The translations under genes were made by a program, and so were the position numbers. From NCBI RefSeq assembly GCF_001949145.1, contig NW_019091355.1, positions 2,710,646 through 2,774,645 on the forward strand: a stretch of DNA of 64,000 nt, given 5' to 3'. The notes under the pieces were generated by a model. The model was given only the letters and a program-made list of their open reading frames with translations, ran no database searches and had not been told where the DNA came from. This DNA comes from Acanthaster planci. Its lineage: Eukaryota. The first letter of the stretch is position 1, and each line of letters begins with the position of its first letter. This document shows, piece after piece, positions 12,801 to 25,400 of this stretch.

Positions 12801-13243
12801 CTGTCATTTTCTTGAAAGTGAGTTCAGGCAATTGAAAGCAGTGTTACTTAGAAAGTGGTTATTTGTAGTTCAGAATTTGCTCGTTTACGTTCCTGAAAGT
12901 AACTCAAAGTCAGCTGGTGATTCTCTCAAGAAAGTTAAGAAAAGAAATAGGGCAGTATCAAAGATCCTGTCGCAGGAAGATTTCTTGGAAGGAAATCAGA
13001 CAATCATATGGGGACAAGTACATAACGAGGCTGGTGTCACAGTATACTGAGCGTTCCGGATGTTCAAATTTGCTGCTGTATTTTTTGTTCATCCACAGAA
13101 TGTATGGCTTATTTCAGACAACGTTCTATTTCGGCTACATGGCCCTGTTCAGTATAGCCCTGGGCATCATGTGTGGCACTCTCGGATATGTCGGGACCAG
13201 CACGTTCGTCCGGAAGATTTACTCCACCGTGAAGATCGACTGA
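3814..13243 (+). CDS. TM9SF3: Transmembrane 9 superfamily member 3 (nonaspanin/EMP70 family); 12 coding exons, 585 aa
   Basis: Exons 3814-3894, 5306-5501, 7544-7666, 7987-8156, 8879-8956, 9264-9395, 9810-9976, 10421-10515, 11210-11340, 11779-11987, 12431-12661 and 13099-13243; all GT-AG, phases consistent, total 1758 nt. Signal peptide followed by [92 protein letters not shown], and C-terminal IYSTVKID (KxD/E Golgi retention motif). Confidence 0.97.
4356..4797. mobile_element. Foldback/MITE-like long inverted repeat in TM9SF3 intron 1
   Basis: Arm ~4356-4535 is the imperfect reverse complement of arm ~4615-4797 (e.g. AGTGGCCTATACGTGGTCTGGGCACAA / TTGTGCCCAGACCACGTATAGGCCACT). The spacer carries a second copy of CTATGGGTGAACATGGTCCTCT. 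Confidence 0.8.
5692..6004. mobile_element. piggyBac-like MITE family A, copy 1 (TTAA target site, CCCTAAC termini)
   Basis: TTAA|CCCTAAC...GTTAGGG|TTAA; homologous along its length to the reverse complement of 14137-14450. Confidence 0.8.
6719..6988. mobile_element. Palindromic MITE (family C); partial relatives at ~20670-20730 and ~44130-44390
   Basis: ACAGTCCCAAATCCTCCAATTTC at the left end pairs imperfectly with GAAATCGGAGGATTGAGGACTGT at the right end; the same terminal sequence recurs at the other two sites. Confidence 0.6.
8549..8772. mobile_element. piggyBac-like MITE with CCCTAAC termini and an interior different from family A
   Basis: TTAA|CCCTAAC at 8549 and GTTAGGG|TTAA ending at 8772; partial internal inverted symmetry. 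Confidence 0.6.
9096..9234. mobile_element. TTAA-flanked MITE family B, copy 1
   Basis: TTAA|CCTTCCT...AGGAGGG|TTAA; closely similar to 20820-20966 (shared AAGATGCATTCTTGACACAGTTGTC and TTTTTGACTGTTTTT). Confidence 0.75.
10688..10909. mobile_element. MITE family D, copy 1 (short inverted termini TATCCGCYCYGAGC)
   Basis: Homologous to 25643-25842 (same orientation) and 36614-36848 (opposite orientation); shared core CCCCGAGCTGAAGTGCACCCCCAATCGGCGAAAGAAAGA. Confidence 0.75.
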
Positions 13244-14136
13244 GGCCAGGGACCTTTTTTTTGTCAGTTTGAAAGCGACACAGACACTGCAAAGCTATGA
13301 TTTGATTAGAATTTTCCCCAGAACCTCGTGCCTACATAACTCACCTGTCTCAATACGCACCTGCAATGCCATATTCTGCTCTGTATAGTTTTCGCACCTG
13401 TGCTTTTTTGTAGGTGTTGTATGCAGTACGTATTGGTTGTCCACTTACGCCAATTTATGCTTAATCAACAAGGATTGTAGGTAACTCACATGGTAGGGAG
13501 CGACTGAGGGTTAACCTAGCCCCCCTAGGGACCATTGAAATCATGCATATGCTTGTTGGATTCAGAATGGTTAGGGTTAAGTACCAGTTTTACTCAACTT
13601 ACGCTGGAGCAGATCAAAGCGATTTTCTTCAACCAAACCAGTTAATTGGTGGTAATTGGGTTTAGCAGGTTTTGAGATCTCCACAGGCCTTAAGAGCGAT
13701 TTGTCCCGTTAAATAGCTAATGAGATAGGAAGTGTTGTAACATGAATCCTACCTTCAGGAAGCCTTTTGTTTTTAAAGTGAATCTCATTTGTATTTTTTA
13801 ATGTTGCATTGACTCAAATGAAGTGAAGAAGACAAATGTAATTGTAGTCATGAGTACGGCATCGTTGCATTGCCCCCAGAGCAAAAGCACATCAGTCTAA
13901 AAAGCCGAGAACCTTCCATATACCGATGGTGTACATTCCCAACAAATTCAGATTTGAAGTTGTTGCTAGGAAAAATAAACATTTTTAATTGGTGTAGGGG
14001 GTTATTTTCCAGCACCACTTCACTGGAAGCAAAAAAAGGGGCAAAACATCTGCTAAAAGCCAAAAACAGTCTGTATTTTCCAACGGTCCTCGCTGCTTTT
14101 TACAGAGCTGGTATTTGTAAGGCTTGACACAGCTCT

Positions 14137-14450
14137 TTAACCCTAACAGTCCCGAATGCTACAGAGTAATACTTAGTAGTAAAATGTAGTACTCGGCCCT
14201 GTCGCTTGTAAGAGGACATGATGACATTATTCTCTGAAGCCATAAAATACAATCGAGAAGACAATGTACATTGCAGTGCTGTGGCACTATGAATGCATGG
14301 TTTCATTGTTCTCTGTACGAGTGACAATGGAATAAACCTAGCCAGAAATAGTAATTTGTAGTGCTAGGTCCTTCAGGCTGAGAGTGTTACTTAGTATTTT
14401 GTAGCACTGAGTACTCTAAGCCAAACAACACCTGGTACTGTTAGGGTTAA
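14137..14450. mobile_element. piggyBac-like MITE family A, copy 2 (inverted relative to copy 1; probably in the TM9SF3 3' UTR)
   Basis: TTAA|CCCTAAC...GTTAGGG|TTAA; reverse-complement homology to 5692-6004 (e.g. CAGTGCTGTGGCACTATGAATGCATGG). Confidence 0.8.
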
Positions 14451-15120
14451 AATTGACAGCCCAGTTATCAGAAACATCAGTTTAAAAGTTAGCAAAATTG
14501 TTTTTGTATATTTCAAGTATTGTGTTTATATTAAAAAAAAGTGCAAATATATATTAGGAAACTATCCATCGCCTCGGCACAAACATTGGTTGTTAGGGTT
14601 TGTCACAGTGTCTGTGAAGTCTGTTTATCGTTTGTTTTGGTAGTGTATATTTTGTAGAGGTGTTCGTACTAACTGAAGGTGTGAATATTTTACGTGGTTA
14701 AGATGGCAGCAAACCAAGATGATTGTATCCCCCTTCTCCAAACCGTACTTCCAGTTAAAAACTCCATACGGAGTAGGACAATGCTTATACATCCTCCAAG
14801 AAATAGTTTTTTTTTTCTCTCAAAAAACTGGAAGTGGTTTGGAAAAACCTGAAGAGGGTAACAGCCCTGTGTTGAGTACATGTACAATACATGTATGCTT
14901 TCTTCCAAGCGCAGTAGAGGCTTAGAATTTCAAAACTCATTGTTCTCTTGCCTTGAAACTGCACTAATGGCCGCATCTCATAAAAGCTTCGACTTCTTGG
15001 AAACGCTTCATCTACAAAGTGATGAATTCTGAATTTTTTTATTTTATGGATTTATCAACTTGCCCTTTGATCCTAGCAATATAATTTCACTAGTTTGTTG
15101 CAGATACGTTGTGTAGAAAC

Positions 15121-15275
15121 AAGTGGCGTAACGATGGCACGTGCCCCCCCCCCCATTTGAAATTTATTTACAACCTCTGCTACAGTTCATTGTCTTTTTG
15201 TGCCCCCTTGAAAAAAGTGTGTGCACCCCCGAGTGCGCCTTACTTCCGGACACAGTAGTCCTAGTTACGCCATTG
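15121..15275. mobile_element. hAT-like MITE with 8-bp target-site duplication
   Basis: Termini AAGTGGCGTAAC / GTTACGCCATTG; flanks GTAGAAAC (15113-15120) and TTAGAAAC (15276-15283) match at 7/8 positions. Confidence 0.7.
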
Positions 15276-17479
15276 TTAGAAACATAAATATTTTGTCATG
15301 CTTCTTTGATACAAATTTGAAAATAGCCAAATTGCTGGTGTGTGGAACTCTGCGTCACTCTTTTCTGTTTTAGCCAAACTAGCATCTTTGGGGACCTTTC
15401 TCTCGACGTTGTATTTTTGCTTACCACTTTCTGGCTGAGTGTACATAAAATTGTATCGACACTAATTAAAGTGATTTATAATTGATTGTTTGATCTGTAA
15501 ATGACAGACTGAACCACCTATCACAATTTTTACAGTAAATTGGACCGATTCATTTTATGGATAGGTGCATTTACACAGCTTACATTCATGAAAGATAGCT
15601 CACTTGATTGTCACAGTCACCTTGGACGTCTTTGAGAACTGTCTCCTGAAGCAAACTTACACCTCAATACAAGATCGTCAAATTTAATGTATAATATTCA
15701 GCTGTGAAATCTGATTTTCCATAGCAGACTTGTAAATAGCTTTGTATATTTTCGGTGTCTATGAAGAGAGGTGGGAGGCATTTCGAATTTCTCATTCTTA
15801 TTTATAGTTGATATTAGTGAAAGGTGTGGTTGTGGTTCACGCCATGTTCACGTATCTCAAGTACTTAAGGTTATTTAAGCCTCATTGCTCAATATGTTTA
15901 ACATGAACCAAACTTGGAGACATTTCATGCTGTCTCTAAACCCCCTCTCGATTCAGATGCTGTTTTGTGTGGTCTGCCAGACCAGAAATAGAGCCAAATT
16001 TTCAAATAATTGTTGTTCAACAAAACCGTCAACATGAATCATTAAATTTTCGTCGGGTTTAGAATCTAAATTTAGCTGCTGTGATCAGCCAATTTTTTTT
16101 TTCATTTGAGGTACAAAGTTTTTTTAGTATATCTTTTTCCTCAAGTCTTTCGAAAGGTTTTAAAGTTTTTTGTCTGCAGAACCCGTGAAACGTTCCCTGT
16201 TGAAATGTCCATCCCTTTTAAGTAACTTCAAAAAGTTACTCGCATTCGGTTTGATTTTCAGTAGAGCGTGTTCAACATGTGCCGAAGTCTACAGACACGG
16301 TACGTTGTCCATCAGCTTGGTTAGGGACCACTGGTTGAATCCACCTGTGAACGCAGATTTAGTGTATACTCCCGTGCCAGTGATACGAGCATCGTTAAAT
16401 TAATACAGCATCCAGGAAATCTTTAGGCCCCTACAAAGTCTTTGCGGCCCCTACAAAGTCTTTGCATTATTTTAAATTCCTGTTTTCCACTGACCTAGTC
16501 ATTAGAATGGATCACAGCTAGCTGCCTTTCAAAGTGAGATAAGTAGCCAGGCAACTCATAGGTGGTTTTGAATTTGCTCCTCACCCCGATGCTGTAGTAA
16601 GCACCAAATATTGCAGAGGCCTATTGAGGGTTTGCATGGCTGCGCTGCCATCTTGCAGGCCTGTGCTTTTGTTCCAGGGGGGGGTGCACAAAGGAGGTTT
16701 TCCCTCTGGAACAAAAATTGTGCCGTGCAGGATGGCTCCCGTGCAGTCTCTGTTGCATTTATGATGTGACACAGCCATGAATATGTTGCACAATGAGACA
16801 GTTCGGTATTTCACATTCAGCAGCACATGCGCTGAAGGAAGTGCGTCTGAGGTTATTCGGGAACAGTTGGTCTCACGCTCACGCCGACTTTACACGTGTG
16901 GTTTGTTCTTGAGTGATCTTGCCCTGTTAAAATACCGAACTGGTTCATTCACAAGGCATGGCATTTGGGTAACTTGAAACAGTCTCATTAAGTTCACCCC
17001 TACTTGTTGGCTGTTTCTTGTGTTCTTAGGTCAATAAATGACTGTGTACAGTTTGCAAAAAAATTGTAAACATGAGGAAAATGTTTTGTTCACCTCACCA
17101 TTCGTATTTGAAGCCAACCCGTGCTGAAATTGTAACTCTAAGCTGAGTGTTAGTTTTATAGCTTTATTTCCTCATCCACCATTGGCGCATTGGGCGACAA
17201 GATTCTTCCCTCGGTTGCTGACACCGGCAACCCTCCAGACGAGTGGCACAGAGCCAGATTTAAAGCAAAATTTAAATAACGTGCGGCAAAAGTTCGACGT
17301 CTGAAACAATAAATTAGGAGCGACAAGGCGTGCTAGCAGGCAGAAGATCGATACTTGAAGGTGCTTGGAACGACACCGACTTGGTTTTAGACGTCGCTCT
17401 TTTCATGGGCCAAACCCAATGCAAATGTATTAAGTTCGTTTTAAACCAAAAATTAATTGGGTCGACCCGAATCGCTCTT

Positions 17480-18420
17480 AATTCTATTTGGTTTGGCGCC
17501 ACCCTAGAACGCCTGTCAGAAACGGGTGTTGAACAAGTTTCCTTTGACTTAAAAAGCTACTTCCGGATCATCAGCTGCGTTTAAACCACGAGCTCCTTCT
17601 AAATTGCAGAGGTAAATATGCCTATCGACGAGCAACTGGGAGCGCCAGACAGAATATCAGCGAATCCAACTGGGCATTGAGCCCCCCCCCCCGGTTTGAT
17701 ATCAATCACATTGAAACAAACGGAACAAACCTATCACTACTTCACTAGAGTTACAGGCTACAGCGATCAGTGAGATAAAGACGTCTGTGGTGAATTCTGT
17801 TTTCATATTTTCTAATCTTCACAGAGGATCGGTGCGGGGTAAAACAAAAAAATACTTAAACGGGCAGCGTATCGTAACTACGTAAACATACAGCATGCGC
17901 ACAGAGCCCTATCCGCTGCTAGCTAGCTAGGCGTGGCCACAGTATTTTAGGGTGTCCGCGTCCGACTCTGTAAGAAGTTTCATTTAGTGGTTCATCGACA
18001 GTTAAAGAACGCGCCCCCGTGCGGCGTGCTTTTGTGTATCGCGGACACACTAGTCTGGTAGTGACCCTTCTTTGGCGTGATGATATGAGCCGAGACCGCA
18101 GTTTGATGGTGACCAGACTACTTTCAATTTTGACACCGCCGAGATCCGTTGATGGCCTTGAAAGCGTGTAGACTTCTGCACGGCGGGGCAAAACGGAAAT
18201 TTGAAATCATTACTTGCTGGATTGTCTGGGAGGACGCACAGATACACAGGTTTTAAAAATCAGTGGTGAGTATAGAACGTGAATTTTTGGGCCTTACAAA
18301 CTATGCTCGTGGTTTGTTGTGCCAAACGGTAACGTTACGCCATCAAGGTAGAAAGGGCCGAAAGGGTTCTTAGACTTTACTGGGTGGCGCTCTTAACTCT
18401 TCGACGTTCCCGCTGACTTT
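17480..18420 (+). promoter_or_regulatory. CpG-rich promoter region with probable non-coding first exon(s) of the downstream CH-domain gene
   Basis: CpG-dense, with ETS-like CTTCCGG (~17560) and CGGAAAT (~18194) and NRF1-like CATGCGCA (~17894). Candidate donors GAG|GTAAAT (17612) and GTG|GTGAGT (18266); candidate short UTR exons at 18699-18746 and 18867-18945. Confidence 0.4.
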
Positions 18421-20819
18421 CCTCATGTAGGCCTACATGTACATACATACTGCTGTCAGCAGTGATCCTTGTTGAAAGTCTTTTTCAAAATTACGCAGTA
18501 AACTACTGATTAACTCCATACATCATTGCTGTTGAGCGTATGTCAGAGCATAGTCACACATATAAACAGAAATTTAGTCTGAAATTCAAAAATGGTTGCG
18601 TCCGGAAATTTATCCACAACTTGCATACAAGTGTTTTGAACCCTAGCCAGCGAGTCCCGCATCAATCTTTATCTGTATAGTATATACAAAGCTTCCAGAG
18701 GACACATCACACCAACCAAGAAGTTCATCAAAGTTGACAAATTCTTGTAAGTCATTTCCACTTTTGTTTACACTTACAACTTTTCAGTGAAAAGAGTTCA
18801 TTTTGCACTTCCAAAAAGAAATAAAGAAAATCAGGCAAATTAACATTTCATATTGCTTTTTAGCAGGTCTTTAAACTCAGCACTTATGAAGGGGAAATTT
18901 TGGGCATATTAAATGAAATGACACCTGTTTAGTTTGGATTCTGAGGTAATATTTCCCGAGCAAATTAGCAACGCACAAGAGCCAAAAAGTCAAATGCACA
19001 TTAGGCATGTCAATACTAAGTCATGCCACATCAAAAATACTGTCATGACAAGATGGAGACATGTTCATATGCATGTAGGCTACATGTATTCCATGATTTA
19101 GTATTCAGTGGGCATACATTATGGTCTGGTGGTGGTACTGCATCACTGTTGGACTTGCAGTGAGATCTTAGGATCTACCACCGTCAAGTAATTTTTCTAA
19201 TTCACAAAAAATGTGTATTTTGTCAATATCTGGTCAGGTCAGTCATGAATTTTTTAAAGAATACAGCCAGCATTGACTGATTTCATCTTATTTATCAAAC
19301 TCTCCCTTGGGAAGAAGAAGCTAAAGATCGACAGATGACACAGTGCAGTTGACCAATCAAAATCGCAAGAAATCCAGCCGTCTCATTGGCTGATAGGGAC
19401 GTTTTAATGTGGTGACAAAATGTAGCGTCACGTGCCTCAGATTTAACGGTTAAGATCAGTGAACCATCCGTTGGCTGGGACTTGGAGCATTGCAGTGCAG
19501 TGACAAATTATTGTAATTTTTGGTATCATCCCCGACAGAATAAAACTTTGAAATAATACATTTGTCTGTTAAGTCTATGCAGCGCATCAGTTTATAAAAG
19601 GTAGAAGCACCAAGTTGCTGGTTCCAACTTTGGAATGGGAGCCATGTCGTTTAGCCCAAGTGGTGTTGTACACTGTATTGATTTCCGTACTGCAGAATAA
19701 CAGCTTGTGCCCTGCCCTAACCTCCCTCCCTCACAAAACATTTACATACATGTATGGTTTCGAGTAATAAGGTATTTGCTCAACAGAGTGAGGTCACTTT
19801 TTTTTTTGAAAGGTATATTAATCGGAGCATTCTATTGAAACGTCAATAAAATCCGGGTCTGAACCTGGTGGTTCTGACCAAAGTTCAATTGCCTTATTCA
19901 CGGCCTGATTAATTGAGCTATTACTTTGTCGAGATCTTTCGGTCATCATAAGTACTGTGCATTGTTGGAAAAATTCATGCATTACTTCACTTGGGGGCAA
20001 AAACCCACAGACAAGATATATGCATTGAAATTGAACTTAGGTGCTGCCACAAGTAGGCAGCATGTGCTTTCCACACCAGCGGTTGTGCAAATACACTTTT
20101 CTTCCACAGAGCCCCCCTAATGAAGTGCTAAATATTTAATAGCAGTTATCAGTGACATTATAATCAGCCTATCTCCATTTATCTTCTGTCCATGAAGATA
20201 ACAGCAACCCGAGATACACAGTAGCCTTTGTTTGCACCTTTGCACAGTGCATGCCTTGCTGAGCCTGTTTGGAGGTTTCTGTTAACAAGATCGGATCACC
20301 CAAAGACTGATAGACTAAAGAGCTGTACTTTGCTGTTGGTATCACCATACCATTTTGGGTGTGCTTCAACAAAGTTTGTATAGATCTGTACTGATGAAAG
20401 TTTGAAGAGTTTGTTATACTCATGAATAAAATAACCCGTACAAAATATGTACATTTACAACTTGTCATTTGTAAAAGCTGTTTTAGTTACATGTTTAGCT
20501 TGTTTTCAGCTCAAATGCCATTTATATAGGATTTGTCTATTCTGTGCACATCATGGGACATGTTAAAAAATGTAGATGTACATCTTATAGTCAATTTGAA
20601 AAGTTTTTGGGGGGATTACACTTGTACATGTAGCTTTGGGGAGTTTTTCAGATCAGGTATGGTTTAAAGAACAGTCCCAAATCCTCCAATTTCAATATGA
20701 TTTTGCATACACCCTAAGGAATTAGGGTTCATTCAGGTGTTTGCCACAATGCTGAACATGTACATTCGTGTAGTTCAAAGGTAATAATTACACTTGTACA
20801 TTTTGTAGGTCTGTTGAGG

Positions 20820-20966
20820 TTATCCCTCCTATGCAAAGATGCATTCTTGACACAGTTGTCCGTCAAAATCAGTCAAATTTCCCATGTATGTGTCTGTGAA
20901 CTGGGACAAATCAAGTGGAAGGAATTTTTGACTGTTTTTTGACGGTTACAGCAGAGGGAGGGTTAA
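20820..20966. mobile_element. TTAA-flanked MITE family B, copy 2
   Basis: TTAT|CCCTCCT...GGGAGGG|TTAA; similar to 9096-9234. Confidence 0.75.
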
Positions 20967-22444
20967 ACGGAGTGAATGTATACTGTTCTTGTACATTCAT
21001 GTACATTTACATGTACATTTGTGGTACGTTCTACATGAAGGGTACATCGAGTACACTTTGTATTGATTAGGCTACCATTGTGGTTCATGTAGGTATATCG
21101 CACATGTACAGTGTTGTTCCTGACTGGGCGTAAGGTAGTTATATAACGCTGCTGGTATTGATTATTAGCTACCATGTGCTGTGTTGAATACAGGTGCCCC
21201 ACTGGCACAGTGGTGTGTGGTTTTACTTGTTCAAAGCTGGATTCAAAACAGCCATCAATCCATGAATGTGGCAAATGTGCCACTCTTTGAATTAACAGTA
21301 AATGCTCCAGCTGTGTGTTTTTGCATTTGAATGTAAAATAACACTGTACACTGTGTTAGAACAACTCGGTACTTGTCCGGGGGCACAGGGTGCAATGTGG
21401 ACCGCACAATAGAGTATAATATCACACTGTTTATTGCCGTGGATTGACCAAAAGGATTCAAGTTTGCACCAAGACAAAGTGGGTTATAGCCACATATGTA
21501 CAGTCATACCAAACAGCAGGGCATCAATGTACCTACATGTACATCAGTTACAGAAAAATCTTTCTCAAATACGGGTATACTGTACGAATATTTTCAGAAA
21601 ATATTAAATCTGAAAACCAGATGGTTCCTGACCAAAGCGCTCCAAACAAACTGATCATAAATTTATCCAACTATTCAGCTTGTACCAAACTATTTATACT
21701 GTTGTTAGTAGAACTGTATAAATCCCCCCCCACAAATAATCTGTCCAATTCAAAATTGTTCCAAAATAACTCAATTAAATTGTATATGTACATTTCTTCC
21801 ATTTCAAATTCGGTGATGTAATGTGCTGTTGAGTGGGTTCATGCCTAAGATGAACAGAAAAATACTGTTTTTATTTTGAAACCTCACTTGGAAAAATGGT
21901 AAGAAGAGTTGGAATTCATCATCAAGTAAGACGAATAACCTGCACTTTAAATTTCCGTAGTCACCCCATACTCACCTAGTCTCAAAAGTTGGACAAGTTC
22001 ATTAATTGCGGCCTTTAACATTTCCACGCAAGATTTCATGCATTCAGTGTCTTAAGTGAATGACTTACAGCAGACTAGGTGAGCAAACCCTTGTCGTGTG
22101 CCGGGATACACCGATTTCACAGTTCAGATATGTTGACACATTTCATTATCCCTTACCCTTTTGGTTAGAGTCAAGCTGAAGGGTTCATGCAGGTTTGCAG
22201 CATACATGTACGCAGGTTTGTAGGGTACATACACCTGTACAATGTACATTAATTATTACATTAATATTTGTGCCCTCACAGTGAACAGTTTGTACACGTT
22301 AAGTATCAAGGTGTGTTAATGTTGTCCCTTTGATATCGCTCACAGCATTTCTTGTACTGCTTGTTTTGTTTTTACATCACAGGTTCCTAGAATGAAGTCC
22401 ATACACTTGTTACTGGTGGTGTAGGCAGTGAGATTGTATGCACC

Positions 22445-25400
22445 ATGGCATTCAGCTCAGTACTGCAGGTACATGTAAGGCTGTGACCGAATCACTTGGC
22501 TGTGGCTAGACATTGCATAGACTTGTGCATAATTTCAAGCCCCAATCAAGTAATTCAGACACTCTGTGTGAAGTCGGAAGTGGGCGTAGCCGGCGGTAAG
22601 GCGAAACCCAAAAAGTTGTGCTTCTCATTGTCTGCCCCTGCCCCAAAAATCATGAAGAACCTGTATGTTTTTGTTTGAAAAATCATTTCAAAACTTTTTG
22701 TGCCAACTGTAGAGGCTTCATATATTTATTTGTGGTTTGTGCATCGTCCTGTAATCATTTACAATGATCGGCATAGAAGGTGGTTTCCTCTTGTGCGTTT
22801 TTACCCACAACCCGTCTGCTGTCTAAGTTCAGCCACTCTTTGTTCTCTCAACCAGGGAATCGACCTCAAGAACCTTGTTTGCCTTTCTGATGGGTGATGA
22901 GACTAAATTGTGGCGGCTTTGGTTAGGAAAGGAAATTAAACAGTTCAAAAAAATCATCGACTCGTCATTGTGAAAACAAAAATTGCCTCTTTTTAGGAGG
23001 CATGGCTTCTGTTTGGCCCTTTCCGCGATCTGCCAATGGCTAATAAACAACGTTACAATATTAACCCTAACACTCCTCAGTTCTCGAACAGGTGAAGGAT
23101 TGAGGAGGGTTAGGGTTAAATCTGACATTGTCACCTATTGCCATACAGCTATCGACCATCATCCCATATTTATTCACCTTCTCCTACATGTAGATGTACC
23201 TTGGCTGGGCCAACAGCCTCCTGTGTGAACAGGGAATCCTCATCGATGGCTTGCACCAGTTAAGAAGCGGCACCATCTTCTGTAATCTGATTGAGCTGCT
23301 CACCGGCTCTAAGCTCCTGCCTGCCGACCAGGTTAGTCTTCCATCTTGCGGATGAAACGTTGCTCCCATTTCCCCCTGAAGTCTTGTTTTACCCGGCCAG
23401 AAAAATTTCAGGCTTGCACTTTTTCCTTGGATCAGCTGATTTCGCCATTCTTCATACTTGTGTCATTGAAAATTGAACAAACACTGTACAAAGTCTTGTA
23501 AAGATTGGAAATTCCTCGCTTTTGGATCAATGTCCAAGTCGCTTGCTTGAAATTTACAAAATATCTGATGAATCTGTACGTATTTTTAAGGTCATTAGAA
23601 GCGCACAATTAATAAGATGTAACAGAAACCCGCTAAATTAAGCCAAGTCAAATAATGAAGATAACCGAACCATATCTCTTTCCTGTGGTGAGTAGTTTGA
23701 TCATGAAATGCCTGTAGTGTACGGAACATTAAATGCATTGCTTAGAAAAGTTTTTTGAAAAGCGCTATCAAGTGGAAAAATCATATTGTGCGCATTACTT
23801 CTGCAGTCTTTTCACAGAAGCTGTGTAATTTCAAAATTGCAGGACTTCTATAAAATGGAAGTTTGAATATCTTCATTTGTTGGGTGTTTTCTTTATCATT
23901 TGCAAACGTTGTTTGCTGGTAATGTCACTGGCATATATGGAAGCTGAGTTTCACATCTTCCTCCCATTTTTGTAGGATGCTCTCTCAGAAACTGACGACA
24001 GTGTTGCTCTTGATAATGTCCAAGTTGCCTTGGATTTCTTGACTGGTATCGGTGTCAAAATGGCAGTCAGTGCCGAAGGTAAGGGCAGAATTTAGTAGAA
24101 AGATTGAAAGAATGGCAATTTCGAAACAGGCCCATTGATTAATTGATTGAATTTGTTCATTCAACCAATTGAGTTTTAATCAATCACTTAATTGGTTTCA
24201 AGAATGTGTTATTTTAATTTCTTGTTGTGGGGAGGTTTATTACATGTATCATGGTTGAACAGTTTCTTCAAACTACATATTTGGTATCAAGTATCTCGTG
24301 TTATATGTATATGTATTTGTATTTTATGGTCAATGTGGAAAAAAGTCTTGCTTAAATTGCCACCCGCTAGAATGGTTGATTATAATCAGTTGGTTGATCA
24401 TTTATCAGCATACTGATAACAAACTTGAATTTACTTGTGGAAGTTGATCACACACATGTTCATGTGGTTATTTCCCTCCCAGGCGTTGTCTGTGGTGAGT
24501 TGAAGAGCATTCTTGATGTCATGTGGTCCATTATCCTCCACTGTACAGTTCATTCACCAGGTACGTAGAAATGTCTGCTCTAAAAATGACGTGAAATTTT
24601 GCAGGGCTTACACTCTCTCCATTTTATTCGCTGTTTTTTGTTTTTTTCCATGATCTCATCAGAATACTTCTACTTCATGAACAGGACTTGCTAGCTGAAG
24701 GTGTCTGTCATAGTAACCATTTGGAATGGAGAAAAGGTTGAACTCAAAGCTCTGTCTTGCCTTGATAGCTTTCAAAGCTTTTTCCTGAGTGCTCAAGTTT
24801 TGTCTCTTTGTTCTAAAACTGATTACTCCCAGAACGCGCTGCCTACCAGCGAACCGTGCGCATCGGTCGCAAACTGCTTCTTCAGTGGTGTGGGGAAGAG
24901 TTGGCCGTCAGCATTGACACCAGCCAGAGCATGGCGGCAGTGTAAGTCTCCCAGTCACATCACAGAAGCACAGAAGGTGTTGTGAAGTGGGTGGGTCTTG
25001 AGAGATGAGAGGAATTGGATGGGTGATTAGCTCTCGGTAGGCTGTGCTAGAATTGCCTAAATATTTTGTGTTCGCGAGGGAGAATCAGGGTCAATCATCT
25101 TAATTAACCCTATTTAGTAATGTCAGAAGGGAAGTGTAGTGGCTAGAAATTTATGAAATGAAAAACCATGATAGTGACATGTCATAACTAAAAAAGACAC
25201 AATTTTTAAAGTCATTTTGTATGAAGAACCCTTTCAATGTGAAATCCTCTATTCAAAATCTCGGTAGCTTTTTGTTTTTTACAGAGAAACTTTGAAGTCA
25301 CTGCAAAGGAAGCATAATCTCCGCCCCATCACAAAAACAGACTGCGTTTAGGACCATGCTATTGTCTTTACCTCTTGTCATGTTTCTGACTGAAACAGGT

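Noticed and set aside
14845..14880. Hammerhead ribozyme-like CTGAAGAG plus short stem
   Set aside because: The required GAAA core after stem II is absent; the other CTGATGA sites checked also lacked the core.
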